The notes beneath the pieces are model-generated. The model saw only the letters and a program-made list of their open reading frames with translations. It was not told the DNA's origin and made no database searches. DNA of 64,000 nucleotides, taken from positions 1 to 64,000 of the IMG/VR virus record IMGVR_UViG_3300020435_000116, one strand, 5' to 3'. The stretch is from an uncultured virus (IMG/VR IMGVR_UViG_3300020435_000116). Taxonomy: Duplodnaviria; Heunggongvirae; Uroviricota; Caudoviricetes. The first letter of the stretch is position 1, and each line of letters starts with the position of its first letter. Made by a program: the position numbers and the translations under genes. Positions 18,409 through 26,888 of the stretch are shown here, piece after piece.

Positions 18409-20876
18409 AGATACAAAAACTTATACTGAGTAAGTATAGACGTTTTGCATTGAGCGAGATACCTTATATCTGTATCGATTTTTCAACTCCCATGCAGCTT
18501 CTGCTGGGAACAAACGGTTCAGGTAAATCAAGTCTACTAAGTGAATTAACACCGCTACCTGCCAACCCTAGTGATTTTGATAAAGGTGGGTATAAGGAAC
18601 TTCACATTCAATTTAAAGGTGAGGACTTTATCCTACGCTCTGAGATTAGCCGTGGCGCTAAACATTCTTTTATAAGAAACGGTGTAGAGTTAAATCCAGG
18701 TGGTACGGCTTTGGTACAGAAAGATCTAGTAGAGCGTGAGCTGGGTTATACGTCGTCTCTACATGCGGTCTTGACTGGCAAATTGCGCTTTACTAAAATG
18801 GCACCTGCTAAACGACGTGAGTGGATAGCTAATCTAAGTACCACTGACATGAGCTATGCGTATAGTCTCTACGACGCGGTGAGAATAGCAGCCAGGGACA
18901 ACCAGGGTGCGCTTAAACACGTTAAAGAGAAAGTGGCACAGCAACAGGCCAGGTTAGTGTCGTTAGAAGCGTCTACTAACTTACAGGAACGTGTAGACGA
19001 ATGTCATAAAGACATCGAAGCATTATTGACGGATAGACGAACCTCTACGCGTAGTCCAGAGTCTGTCAAACAAGATATCCAACAACGTCGTGACAATGTA
19101 TTGCGTTTGGCAAAACGTGTTCTAAAGACCGACTTACAAACTTGGATTAAAGAGAAGTTTACTTCAGTTGTGGATTTTGATAATCGCATTGTTAAACTTC
19201 AACTTGACCACGCAAGTCACACTGCAAAAAGGGATAACTACACAGAAACCCTTAATGACCTACAGACCATGTTAAGTCAAATGAGTGAATTAGGGGCTAA
19301 CAGTTTAGATGATCTTCTAGAAAAACGTAAAGTGTTAGAAAAGAAGAAAAGTTTAATCGCTTACAATCACCCCTGGGAAGTTCCTAAGCAAGATGCTGCC
19401 GCTTTGTATAAAGAAGTTGATTCTGTCTTTGTTCCTTTAAGGGATTGGGTTGTTGATATGCCTAGTCAGATGAAACCGCAGTACGATAAAGCAGCTTATC
19501 AGGAAGCAGTACTCTACGTTAAAGAGATGGACCGTGAGCGTTTAAGTCTAAGACGTCGGATAGATGGCTTACAGAGCCGTATACACCACATGGAGCAAGC
19601 CAAGGAAATGGAGTGTCCTAAGTGTAACTACATATGGCGTCCAGGTGTTTCTGATAATGAGTTAAAGGAATCTAAGATACAGGTAGAACACTTAACTAAT
19701 GCTTTGGAAAGTAAAGAAAGAGAAAATGAAACCATTGTTGAGAAGATTAACGCCTATCAGCAATACGTTCGTGATCTTAATCGCCTACAGGCCATCATGG
19801 AAAGCTACCCAAGAGCAAATCCATTATGGAGTCAAGTTAAGCGTGATAAGCATTACGATACTTCACCTCTTCAAATTCTCCATACTTACGAGAGCTTTAA
19901 AGACTACGTCATGATGTATCGTGACGAACAAATCATTGATTCAGAGATAGCCTTTATCGACGCCTCTATTAAGAAGTTTCATGAAAGTAAGGGCTTAGAT
20001 GGTTTAGAGGTAGAAAAGCGCATAGAGGAGCTTGAGAGACGTCTCAGTGTGGTTATAGGTCACATTGCTGACGTAGATCGTGAGATTACTCGTTTGAAGC
20101 AGGGTAAAGGGATATTTGAACGATTCTTTGAAGACCAGAAAATCGTAAGCGATGCTTTGGTAGATTTAGAATCTTTACGGGATCAACTTATCGAAGCGCA
20201 GCGTCAATCGGTAATAGACAATGTATTGCGAGAGCGTCAACAAACTCTTTCTACACTTAACACGACACTAGGTCAAAAGAATACCCTTGAGCAAATGATT
20301 GCTGAGTTAAAAGAATCACAAGAACAGCTGACCAAAGAAACACAGGGTTGGCAGGATCTTCAACATATGCTTTCACCATCAACGGGTATCATTGCAGACC
20401 AAATGACAGGGTTCATTAAGTGTCTATTAGATCAGATGAATACCATCATTGGTAAGGTGTGGGGACACCGTTTACAAGTCATGCCGTGCGCTAACCAGGC
20501 AGGAACATTAGATTATAAGTTCCCATTCCTAGTAGGTGATGATGATCATCCTGTTAGTGATATCAGCTTGGGGTCTGAGGGTCAGATGGAGATGATTGAC
20601 TTTGCCTTCATGGTAACGGTTATGCATTTCATGGACTTACACGAGTACCCCATGCTTCTAGATGAGACTGGTCGTACGTTTGATGCAGTGCATCGTAATC
20701 GTTTAATGGGATACATTAAGTTGTTGGTTGAGACAGGACAAGCATCTCAGTTATTTCTTGTTAATCATTTCGCTAGCTTCAGTGGAGGATTTACAAATGC
20801 AGAGGTATGTGTCTTAGATGACCAAAATGTAACTTTACCGTCTGTTTACAATGAACATGTGAGCTTTGCAGCATAA
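18405..20876 (+). CDS. sbcC: SbcC/Rad50-like SMC ATPase (phiKZ gp165-like)
   Basis: Walker A GTNGSGKS, coiled coils, zinc hook CPKC, signature LGSEGQ, Walker B LLDE. Probable GTG start at 18405. Confidence 0.9.
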   Translation: MKIQKLILSKYRRFALSEIPYICIDFSTPMQLLLGTNGSGKSSLLSELTPLPANPSDFDKGGYKELHIQFKGEDFILRSEISRGAKHSFIRNGVELNPGGTALVQKDLVERELGYTSSLHAVLTGKLRFTKMAPAKRREWIANLSTTDMSYAYSLYDAVRIAARDNQGALKHVKEKVAQQQARLVSLEASTNLQERVDECHKDIEALLTDRRTSTRSPESVKQDIQQRRDNVLRLAKRVLKTDLQTWIKEKFTSVVDFDNRIVKLQLDHASHTAKRDNYTETLNDLQTMLSQMSELGANSLDDLLEKRKVLEKKKSLIAYNHPWEVPKQDAAALYKEVDSVFVPLRDWVVDMPSQMKPQYDKAAYQEAVLYVKEMDRERLSLRRRIDGLQSRIHHMEQAKEMECPKCNYIWRPGVSDNELKESKIQVEHLTNALESKERENETIVEKINAYQQYVRDLNRLQAIMESYPRANPLWSQVKRDKHYDTSPLQILHTYESFKDYVMMYRDEQIIDSEIAFIDASIKKFHESKGLDGLEVEKRIEELERRLSVVIGHIADVDREITRLKQGKGIFERFFEDQKIVSDALVDLESLRDQLIEAQRQSVIDNVLRERQQTLSTLNTTLGQKNTLEQMIAELKESQEQLTKETQGWQDLQHMLSPSTGIIADQMTGFIKCLLDQMNTIIGKVWGHRLQVMPCANQAGTLDYKFPFLVGDDDHPVSDISLGSEGQMEMIDFAFMVTVMHFMDLHEYPMLLDETGRTFDAVHRNRLMGYIKLLVETGQASQLFLVNHFASFSGGFTNAEVCVLDDQNVTLPSVYNEHVSFAA

Positions 20877-20921
20877 AGCCTAACCACCTAGCCGTGAGGC
20901 CGGGTGGTTAGCTTATGCCGT
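20868..20921. terminator. Bidirectional hairpin with TATGCCGT/TATGCTG tails
   Basis: ctaaccacc...ggtggttag stem between convergent genes. Confidence 0.75.
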
Positions 20922-22121
20922 TTACAGTACAGTATACAGATTTACTAAACGTGGTGGTTGTCTATCACGTCTAGACGTGGGAAACCGCATGGGTGTTGCA
21001 GCTATAGGTAAATCCATAACTGTGTCTAATAGAAGTTGTTTCTCTTCTTTGACCCGTGCACTTACTAAATAGTCATCAGGTGAGCCTATCAGACTATACT
21101 CAGCAATAAGTCCTTCGTTATCCATCAAGATACCTTGGGGGATTTCTGCTGATCTAAACTTACCAGGTAGGCCCGTCTCCTGTAAGCGCTCTTCCCTTAA
21201 TGCAATGTTATCGTTATCAATGGTGATAATAAAGCTAAAGGGATGACTTAAATAGCGACGAATAAAAGAGCTAGATTGGATGTCTTTAACCTGGATGTTA
21301 CCAATGGGGTTAATGAGATCATCTAACTGAATATCTTCACGCGATAGCAATACACGGCGAATAAGTGGATAATGCTTAAAGCTTATCTTCAACGTGTGAT
21401 CACCCACCACCTGATAGGTGTCATCTAGCATAACCAAATAACCACCAATGCAAAGTAAAACTGTTTTAGTACTAAAGTCCACGTCAGGCAACGTCACCAT
21501 CACTTGTTCATGAGCAGGGATACGGATATCCACTTTAACTTGCTCTTCTTTAATGGGGTGGGTTTGAATCTCACCAAGTTGAGAGAAGTTAATCAGACCA
21601 AAATGGTTGCTGTCTGTACGCTCTAGTGTTTCACCAGCACGCAATACATATAGACCTTGACTGGAAGCACTGACACGATGCACGTAGCCGTTAACAGTAA
21701 AGAGGCTGTGTTTGGCTAACTGCACGTAATCAATACCCTCATGGGTGATTAATGCATCGGGCCCCATCTTTCCTATGTTAGGACTGTCAATATGTTTAGT
21801 ATGGTCAGAACGTTTGACCGTAAACTCATGGTCGAAGACGTCAGCATAGAACACCGACTTAGGATGGTCTATATTTGGAACTGTAGGTAGCCATGGTAGG
21901 GTTTTAGTGTTATCTACTAACCAATCGCTTACTGTTGTTTTATTATAGCGTAGCGACTTATCTAGATCGTTTAACAGCACTGCGCGCTCTTCGCCACCGA
22001 CGATTAAAACGAAGATTACATTTTTATAACTTTGAAACAATTCTACAAAGGTCAGATTGGAGACGTCTACCGACTCCCATTGCCGACCCTGCTGTACAAA
22101 GGCACGTGATAAGGTATACAC
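20922..22121 (-). CDS. Conserved jumbo-phage protein, probably virion structural
   Basis: 399 aa, AGGAG RBS. Motifs SLFTVNGYVH and LLCIGGYL. Confidence 0.55.
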   Translation of the reverse strand: MYTLSRAFVQQGRQWESVDVSNLTFVELFQSYKNVIFVLIVGGEERAVLLNDLDKSLRYNKTTVSDWLVDNTKTLPWLPTVPNIDHPKSVFYADVFDHEFTVKRSDHTKHIDSPNIGKMGPDALITHEGIDYVQLAKHSLFTVNGYVHRVSASSQGLYVLRAGETLERTDSNHFGLINFSQLGEIQTHPIKEEQVKVDIRIPAHEQVMVTLPDVDFSTKTVLLCIGGYLVMLDDTYQVVGDHTLKISFKHYPLIRRVLLSREDIQLDDLINPIGNIQVKDIQSSSFIRRYLSHPFSFIITIDNDNIALREERLQETGLPGKFRSAEIPQGILMDNEGLIAEYSLIGSPDDYLVSARVKEEKQLLLDTVMDLPIAATPMRFPTSRRDRQPPRLVNLYTVL

Positions 22122-22249
22122 AACCTGTCTCCTTTATAGATATCTTAATGGTCTAATCATAGTTTACCTACACGGGGGTTAAATATTATGTGAACCCCAT
22201 GTATTTTATTAATTATATTTACCTATATTGACCAAAGGAGTCAGTCAGA

Positions 22250-23371
22250 ATGTCAGATCAAAGCTACCTCTACGACTACGACCCGACGGGTCAGGCTGCT
22301 TCTAATCTAAGGCGAGACGAGGAACATGTCTTAACGGCGGATAATGGGGACAATTACCACATTATTATTCCGAACATATCTCCCTTTTACAAAGAAGGTT
22401 TTATACTCACCCATGAGGATAGTGCTGACCCTTTGAAACTAGGTAAGGATTATATCTTTACCCATCAGTACACTAAACCTGAAGATAACTTAGGTGGTGA
22501 CGCTTACGGAAGTGTAACCATACTAGATCGTTCTCTTAATGGTAACTTCACCATTGAAAGCTATCAGGTCATGGGTGGTCCTCATAGCCAAGAAGGCCGT
22601 GAACTGCTTGAAGAAATTGGAACCCTATCGGCCTTTGCGGACACCCGCACAATGGAAGATATCATCGGGTTGCCAGAATTCTACCCCCCATCTGCTCACG
22701 TAGTGGATGGTGAAGATTTGACGGATCTTAATCACGTCATTGCAGCCCTTGAGGATATTCGAGCGGCTATTAGCGGTGAGTATAAAGCTAACCATACTCA
22801 TGCTATCGATCAAATCTTAGGTTTGGAAGATCGACTCAGCCAAATGGCTGTGGTTAACCGGTCTCACAAACCTGCGCCTGCTAATGGATATAGCTTCGCT
22901 AACCAAGTAGGCTCTGTGGCTATTCGCCTGCCTAAGCTTAATAATGCATTGCGTGTTACTGTTGAAGTTGCAGTATTAAGCGAAGACGAACCTACTATCT
23001 ATTACCTTTCAGGTTTAGTTGGTAGCCGTTATCAAACGGTAGCAGGTGCTAGCTGGGAAGATACTAAAGCGACTTACCAAGGTCACCGTCACGTCCTGGA
23101 CGCATTTTTCACCTATGACGTTGATAACTATCCCACTATTTATTTAGGTAAAGGTGATACGTGGAGCAACCACCATGTGGTTATCCGCTCAATCACTATT
23201 GGGACGACCGTACCGCAGATTTACAACCAAGGCTACGTGGTCTATTTTGCCAATGATGTGACTGGTGAAGCTACGCTTGTTGAGAAAATCTTAGGTTTGG
23301 ATCGTATAGAAAGTCGCCTGACCAAGCTAAGTTTAAACTCGTTTTATCCCGGGCTATTTAAGCACATTTAA
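22250..23371 (+). CDS. Baseplate/tail-fibre attachment protein (DPTG-type N-terminal domain)
   Basis: N-terminus YDYDPTG..SN...EEH and PFY..GF; paralogue of 24075..25163. H-T-H fibre motif (NHTHAIDQILGL). Confidence 0.6.
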   Translation: MSDQSYLYDYDPTGQAASNLRRDEEHVLTADNGDNYHIIIPNISPFYKEGFILTHEDSADPLKLGKDYIFTHQYTKPEDNLGGDAYGSVTILDRSLNGNFTIESYQVMGGPHSQEGRELLEEIGTLSAFADTRTMEDIIGLPEFYPPSAHVVDGEDLTDLNHVIAALEDIRAAISGEYKANHTHAIDQILGLEDRLSQMAVVNRSHKPAPANGYSFANQVGSVAIRLPKLNNALRVTVEVAVLSEDEPTIYYLSGLVGSRYQTVAGASWEDTKATYQGHRHVLDAFFTYDVDNYPTIYLGKGDTWSNHHVVIRSITIGTTVPQIYNQGYVVYFANDVTGEATLVEKILGLDRIESRLTKLSLNSFYPGLFKHI

Positions 23372-23407
23372 AACGACCATCTTATTCACTCCTAATTTCT
23401 GTTTGAG

Positions 23408-24001
23408 GTGCCCCTAATGGCCGATAATGATACTACGACTAATGAAATACCGACTGTTAGAGAGTTGGTCAATGGTCAGTACGAACGACTCAGTAAACTT
23501 GCTGCAGGATCACGTACGTCCGAAGATATGTTCTACAATGCTAAAGCGTTGCAGGAGATTCAAAAAGCAGACATATATAGTTTAACCGAAGCTGCTATTA
23601 CAGCCGCCCACGATTCCGCTAATGCCCGCGATGAAGTTAACCAGGCTGTTATTGACGCACAGGCGTTTAACATCCTTTACGAGGAAGGCCGCGTTGCCCG
23701 TACCATGGTAAACGACCTGGCTCCTGATGGTGATTTAACGCCGTGGTCTACCTGGTTAGCAGATGTACGTGATGACGTATTAACGCGTACACTTCCTTCT
23801 AATGGGGCGATTCTTGATGGTTCAGAGATTATCATTAAAGATCGCTACGGTCGCGCCAGTAACAACGCTATTAATATCGCTGGGCCGATTGAAGATGTGG
23901 CTGATGATGACCCATTGACAATTTCATCAGATTACGGTTGGGTTTGGTTACGTTGGATGAAGGCGGAATCAAAATGGATTGTTATCGCTGGTGCGGTATA
24001 A
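23408..24001 (+). CDS. Tail-fibre-associated protein
   Basis: C-terminal TLP...GSEIIIKDRYG...NAINI resembles T4 gp34 N-terminal repeats. Confidence 0.5.
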   Translation: MPLMADNDTTTNEIPTVRELVNGQYERLSKLAAGSRTSEDMFYNAKALQEIQKADIYSLTEAAITAAHDSANARDEVNQAVIDAQAFNILYEEGRVARTMVNDLAPDGDLTPWSTWLADVRDDVLTRTLPSNGAILDGSEIIIKDRYGRASNNAINIAGPIEDVADDDPLTISSDYGWVWLRWMKAESKWIVIAGAV

Positions 24002-24021
24002 TCACTGATCATAAACACATC

Positions 24022-24053
24022 GATGGGTAGGGTAAATCCCTACCCATTTATGC
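24022..24053 (+). terminator. Hairpin followed by TTTATGC
   Basis: atgggtaggg-taaat-ccctacccat then ttatgc. Confidence 0.6.
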
Positions 24054-24074
24054 AATCTCACTAAGGAGCGGGTT

Positions 24075-25163
24075 ATGTTACCTGAATTACAAAAGTACCC
24101 CTTTGATCCTACAGCGGTGGCATCAACCAACGCAATCTCAGGTGAAATTGTCACCTTAGACACGGTGAGTAAACAGATCATCGTGCCCACCCATACCCCT
24201 TTCTACGCGCAAGGTTTTACCCTTACCCCTAAAGGCGGCAACCCTCTTGTACCTGGCGATGATTATAAGTTAGTTTACTTGTATCAAGAAGCCACCATGG
24301 ATACCGGTCATGAAGTTGTGACGGGCGTTGCGTTGTTAAACGAGAACCTAACCGTTAACGAATTGATCCTTAGCTACCAAACCGTAGGTGAGCGTTATGC
24401 TTCAGAAGCGGCAGCTATCCATGAAGTATTATCCACGTTAAGTGTGTCTGACATGACAGTCTACTGGGATGATATAAAAAACAAGAAGACGGCTTATCCA
24501 CCAGAAGACCACAAGCACAGCGGGTACGACCTAGTTGGCTTAAGTGAACTGGTAGAAAGTATTGGTAACGTTAAAGACGCTGTAGACGTGTCTAACGAGG
24601 CATTTGTCACGCAAATCCTTAAACAACTTGCCAAGAAAACGTCTGATGTGGGTCGTACTAAATTGATCACTCAAGATGAAGCGGCTTTCTATCCTGGGGA
24701 TTACACGGGTGCGTTGCGTCTGTTGATTGATCGTTCTATCGATCAAAATGCTATCAACGTTGTTGAGTTTGAGATAATCTCAGCTAAAGGAGTGGCGCGT
24801 TACTCCCTGTCTTACAAAGAGATAGAGAATGATGTAACGTTAATACATCTACATGGCTCAGAGCTATCGGGTGAGCGTATCAAATACTATTTTGAATACC
24901 TTAACCCACTGCGTAATGCATTGTATATCGAACTTGACGATAATGAGCAAAATTGGGATGACGTCCATCTTTGCGTAACACGAATGACAACTTCTTGTCT
25001 TAATGGGGAAACATACAGAACAGGTTGGTTGTGGGGTAAGAACCCAGACCTTACGGATAAAGAATTACGTCTCGCTGAGACTGAAACCAAGAATCTTCTT
25101 CAAGAGATCGAAGAAGTTAATACAGAATGGCGCAACTACGTTGACCGTCCAGAGAGCTTCTAA
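24075..25163 (+). CDS. Baseplate/tail-fibre attachment protein, paralogue of 22250..23371
   Basis: Motifs YPFDPTA..TN..SGE, TPFYAQGF and YPPEDHKH. Confidence 0.6.
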   Translation: MLPELQKYPFDPTAVASTNAISGEIVTLDTVSKQIIVPTHTPFYAQGFTLTPKGGNPLVPGDDYKLVYLYQEATMDTGHEVVTGVALLNENLTVNELILSYQTVGERYASEAAAIHEVLSTLSVSDMTVYWDDIKNKKTAYPPEDHKHSGYDLVGLSELVESIGNVKDAVDVSNEAFVTQILKQLAKKTSDVGRTKLITQDEAAFYPGDYTGALRLLIDRSIDQNAINVVEFEIISAKGVARYSLSYKEIENDVTLIHLHGSELSGERIKYYFEYLNPLRNALYIELDDNEQNWDDVHLCVTRMTTSCLNGETYRTGWLWGKNPDLTDKELRLAETETKNLLQEIEEVNTEWRNYVDRPESF

Positions 25164-25239
25164 AAAATATCCTATGAGTCTACAGTAGTACGTGTACATT
25201 AGAGGCAGTTTATCGTCTTAATGTTGTTAATATAAAAAG

Positions 25240-25833
25240 GTGTCAAACATGCCTTATGATTTATATACACTACTACCTGTATCCGACGACGGCGAAGAGA
25301 TAATAGAACGTTTTTATTATCCAGCTTTCGGTTTACGTGATGTGATTTTTGCTACTAATGTCTTTGGTCGAGAAGACAATGCATCTCAGGAGCAATACCG
25401 TACACTAACACCAGATACGGAACATAACGCCACATTATCACGTGATAGCTTTAGGACAGATAGAGGTGGTGCAGGAGAGTTTAAACTCTACTTACAGCTT
25501 GATGGGAAGGGGATTTTAAGTGCACTGCACGGAATGAACCAACCCATGCGTATACGCATCACCGTTGATGGTGAGCAGAGTGTTACTTATACTAACAGCT
25601 GGAGCTATCGACATCTACTCTGGGGTTATTGGATGCGGGGTTCAGGTCAGGATTCAGCTAATGGTTTTTTCTTTTATAAAGGAAGGGAAGCTATTACAGA
25701 TGAATACCGACAAAACTTTTTCAAAGGCGGTGTTCACTTTGAAACACAGCTTAAGATTGAATACGCTAACTTATACAGTTGGGGGTCAAGTCAAACACTA
25801 AGCTGCGATTATCTTTTAGGAGACGAGATGTGA
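25240..25833 (+). CDS. Hypothetical protein in tail-fibre locus
   Basis: 197-aa ORF, co-oriented with its neighbours. Confidence 0.6.
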   Translation: MSNMPYDLYTLLPVSDDGEEIIERFYYPAFGLRDVIFATNVFGREDNASQEQYRTLTPDTEHNATLSRDSFRTDRGGAGEFKLYLQLDGKGILSALHGMNQPMRIRITVDGEQSVTYTNSWSYRHLLWGYWMRGSGQDSANGFFFYKGREAITDEYRQNFFKGGVHFETQLKIEYANLYSWGSSQTLSCDYLLGDEM

Positions 25834-26255
25834 GTGGTGTTAAAACAATAGTGTCGACTGAAAACCTAAGTCGACCTGGTGAACAGCCAGCCGACGGTGA
25901 TCATTTAAGACACACGTTTTCTGATGCCACGGCCAAGGTTGTTGTTTATCGAGAAGAAAGTTTGGAAGCAGTGGAGTCCGATACGTACATTATATCGGTT
26001 GCCTCTCTCTTAGATCGTCTAGACATAGATGATAAATTAGAGACTATTTACGCTATGGCGCATGAAGGAACACGCGCCACACCGCCAGACATGACGCTTT
26101 ATAAGTATCTAACCAACATCCGAACGCGAGAGTTTATTGATCTAAACGACCCTCGTCTACGTCCGGTTATTGAATCACTAGGGTTGTATAGCGAGGCAGA
26201 CTTGGAAGCTATCTTCGCACCGGCAACCCAAATTGAAATCCCATCGGGAATATAA
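25830..26255 (+). CDS. Hypothetical protein, possible fibre-assembly chaperone
   Basis: GTG start overlapping the previous stop (GTGA) with AGGAG RBS. C-terminal FIDLNDPRL...EAIFA. Confidence 0.5.
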   Translation: MSGVKTIVSTENLSRPGEQPADGDHLRHTFSDATAKVVVYREESLEAVESDTYIISVASLLDRLDIDDKLETIYAMAHEGTRATPPDMTLYKYLTNIRTREFIDLNDPRLRPVIESLGLYSEADLEAIFAPATQIEIPSGI

Positions 26256-26267
26256 GGAGACGTTAAT

Positions 26268-26858
26268 ATGGGCTCAGTAACCACCCCCGGTGGCACGACT
26301 TTGAATCCATTGAAAATACGTCGCTCGATTACCCCCAACGCAGTGCCAACCGCACCGTTGTTGGACGAGGGTGAATTGGCGGCTAATTTAAAGGATTTAA
26401 TTCTTTATACCAAGGACAACGATGGTAACATTGTTAAGCTAGGTCAGAACTACGATGCCATATTGGCTGCTCACTTTCAAGCAAGGAATCCCCATGGGAC
26501 TACCAAGGCTGATGTGGGTTTAAGTAATGTACCTAATGAGAACTTAAAACCTCTGTATTACTACAATTCAGGTTCTCGCACACTTAACACTCCACGTATC
26601 ATGACTCGCATGGATTATGCAGCGGCAGCTAACGTTACCTACACGATAGATGCCTCTATGTATGCTGTTGGTGACCAGTTTGAAATTGCCCGTTTAGCGG
26701 ATAGTGCCGGTGAAATAACCGTTGCGCTAAACGCGGGCGATTGGCTAATAGATGGTTCACGTAGCGCGACGGATTTACGTATACATGAGCAAACGTTCAT
26801 GGCCATTCTAACAAAAGCACAGGCGGATCTTTGGACTGTTAAAGTCCAATACGTCTAA
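26268..26858 (+). CDS. Tail-fibre protein with T4 gp37-like N-terminal module
   Basis: RRSITPNAVP..LDEGELAANLKD.ILYTKD..GNIVKLG and NPHGTTKADVGLSNV. Confidence 0.75.
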   Translation: MGSVTTPGGTTLNPLKIRRSITPNAVPTAPLLDEGELAANLKDLILYTKDNDGNIVKLGQNYDAILAAHFQARNPHGTTKADVGLSNVPNENLKPLYYYNSGSRTLNTPRIMTRMDYAAAANVTYTIDASMYAVGDQFEIARLADSAGEITVALNAGDWLIDGSRSATDLRIHEQTFMAILTKAQADLWTVKVQYV

Positions 26859-26888
26859 TAAGATTTTTTTAATTAGGAGTATCTACTC

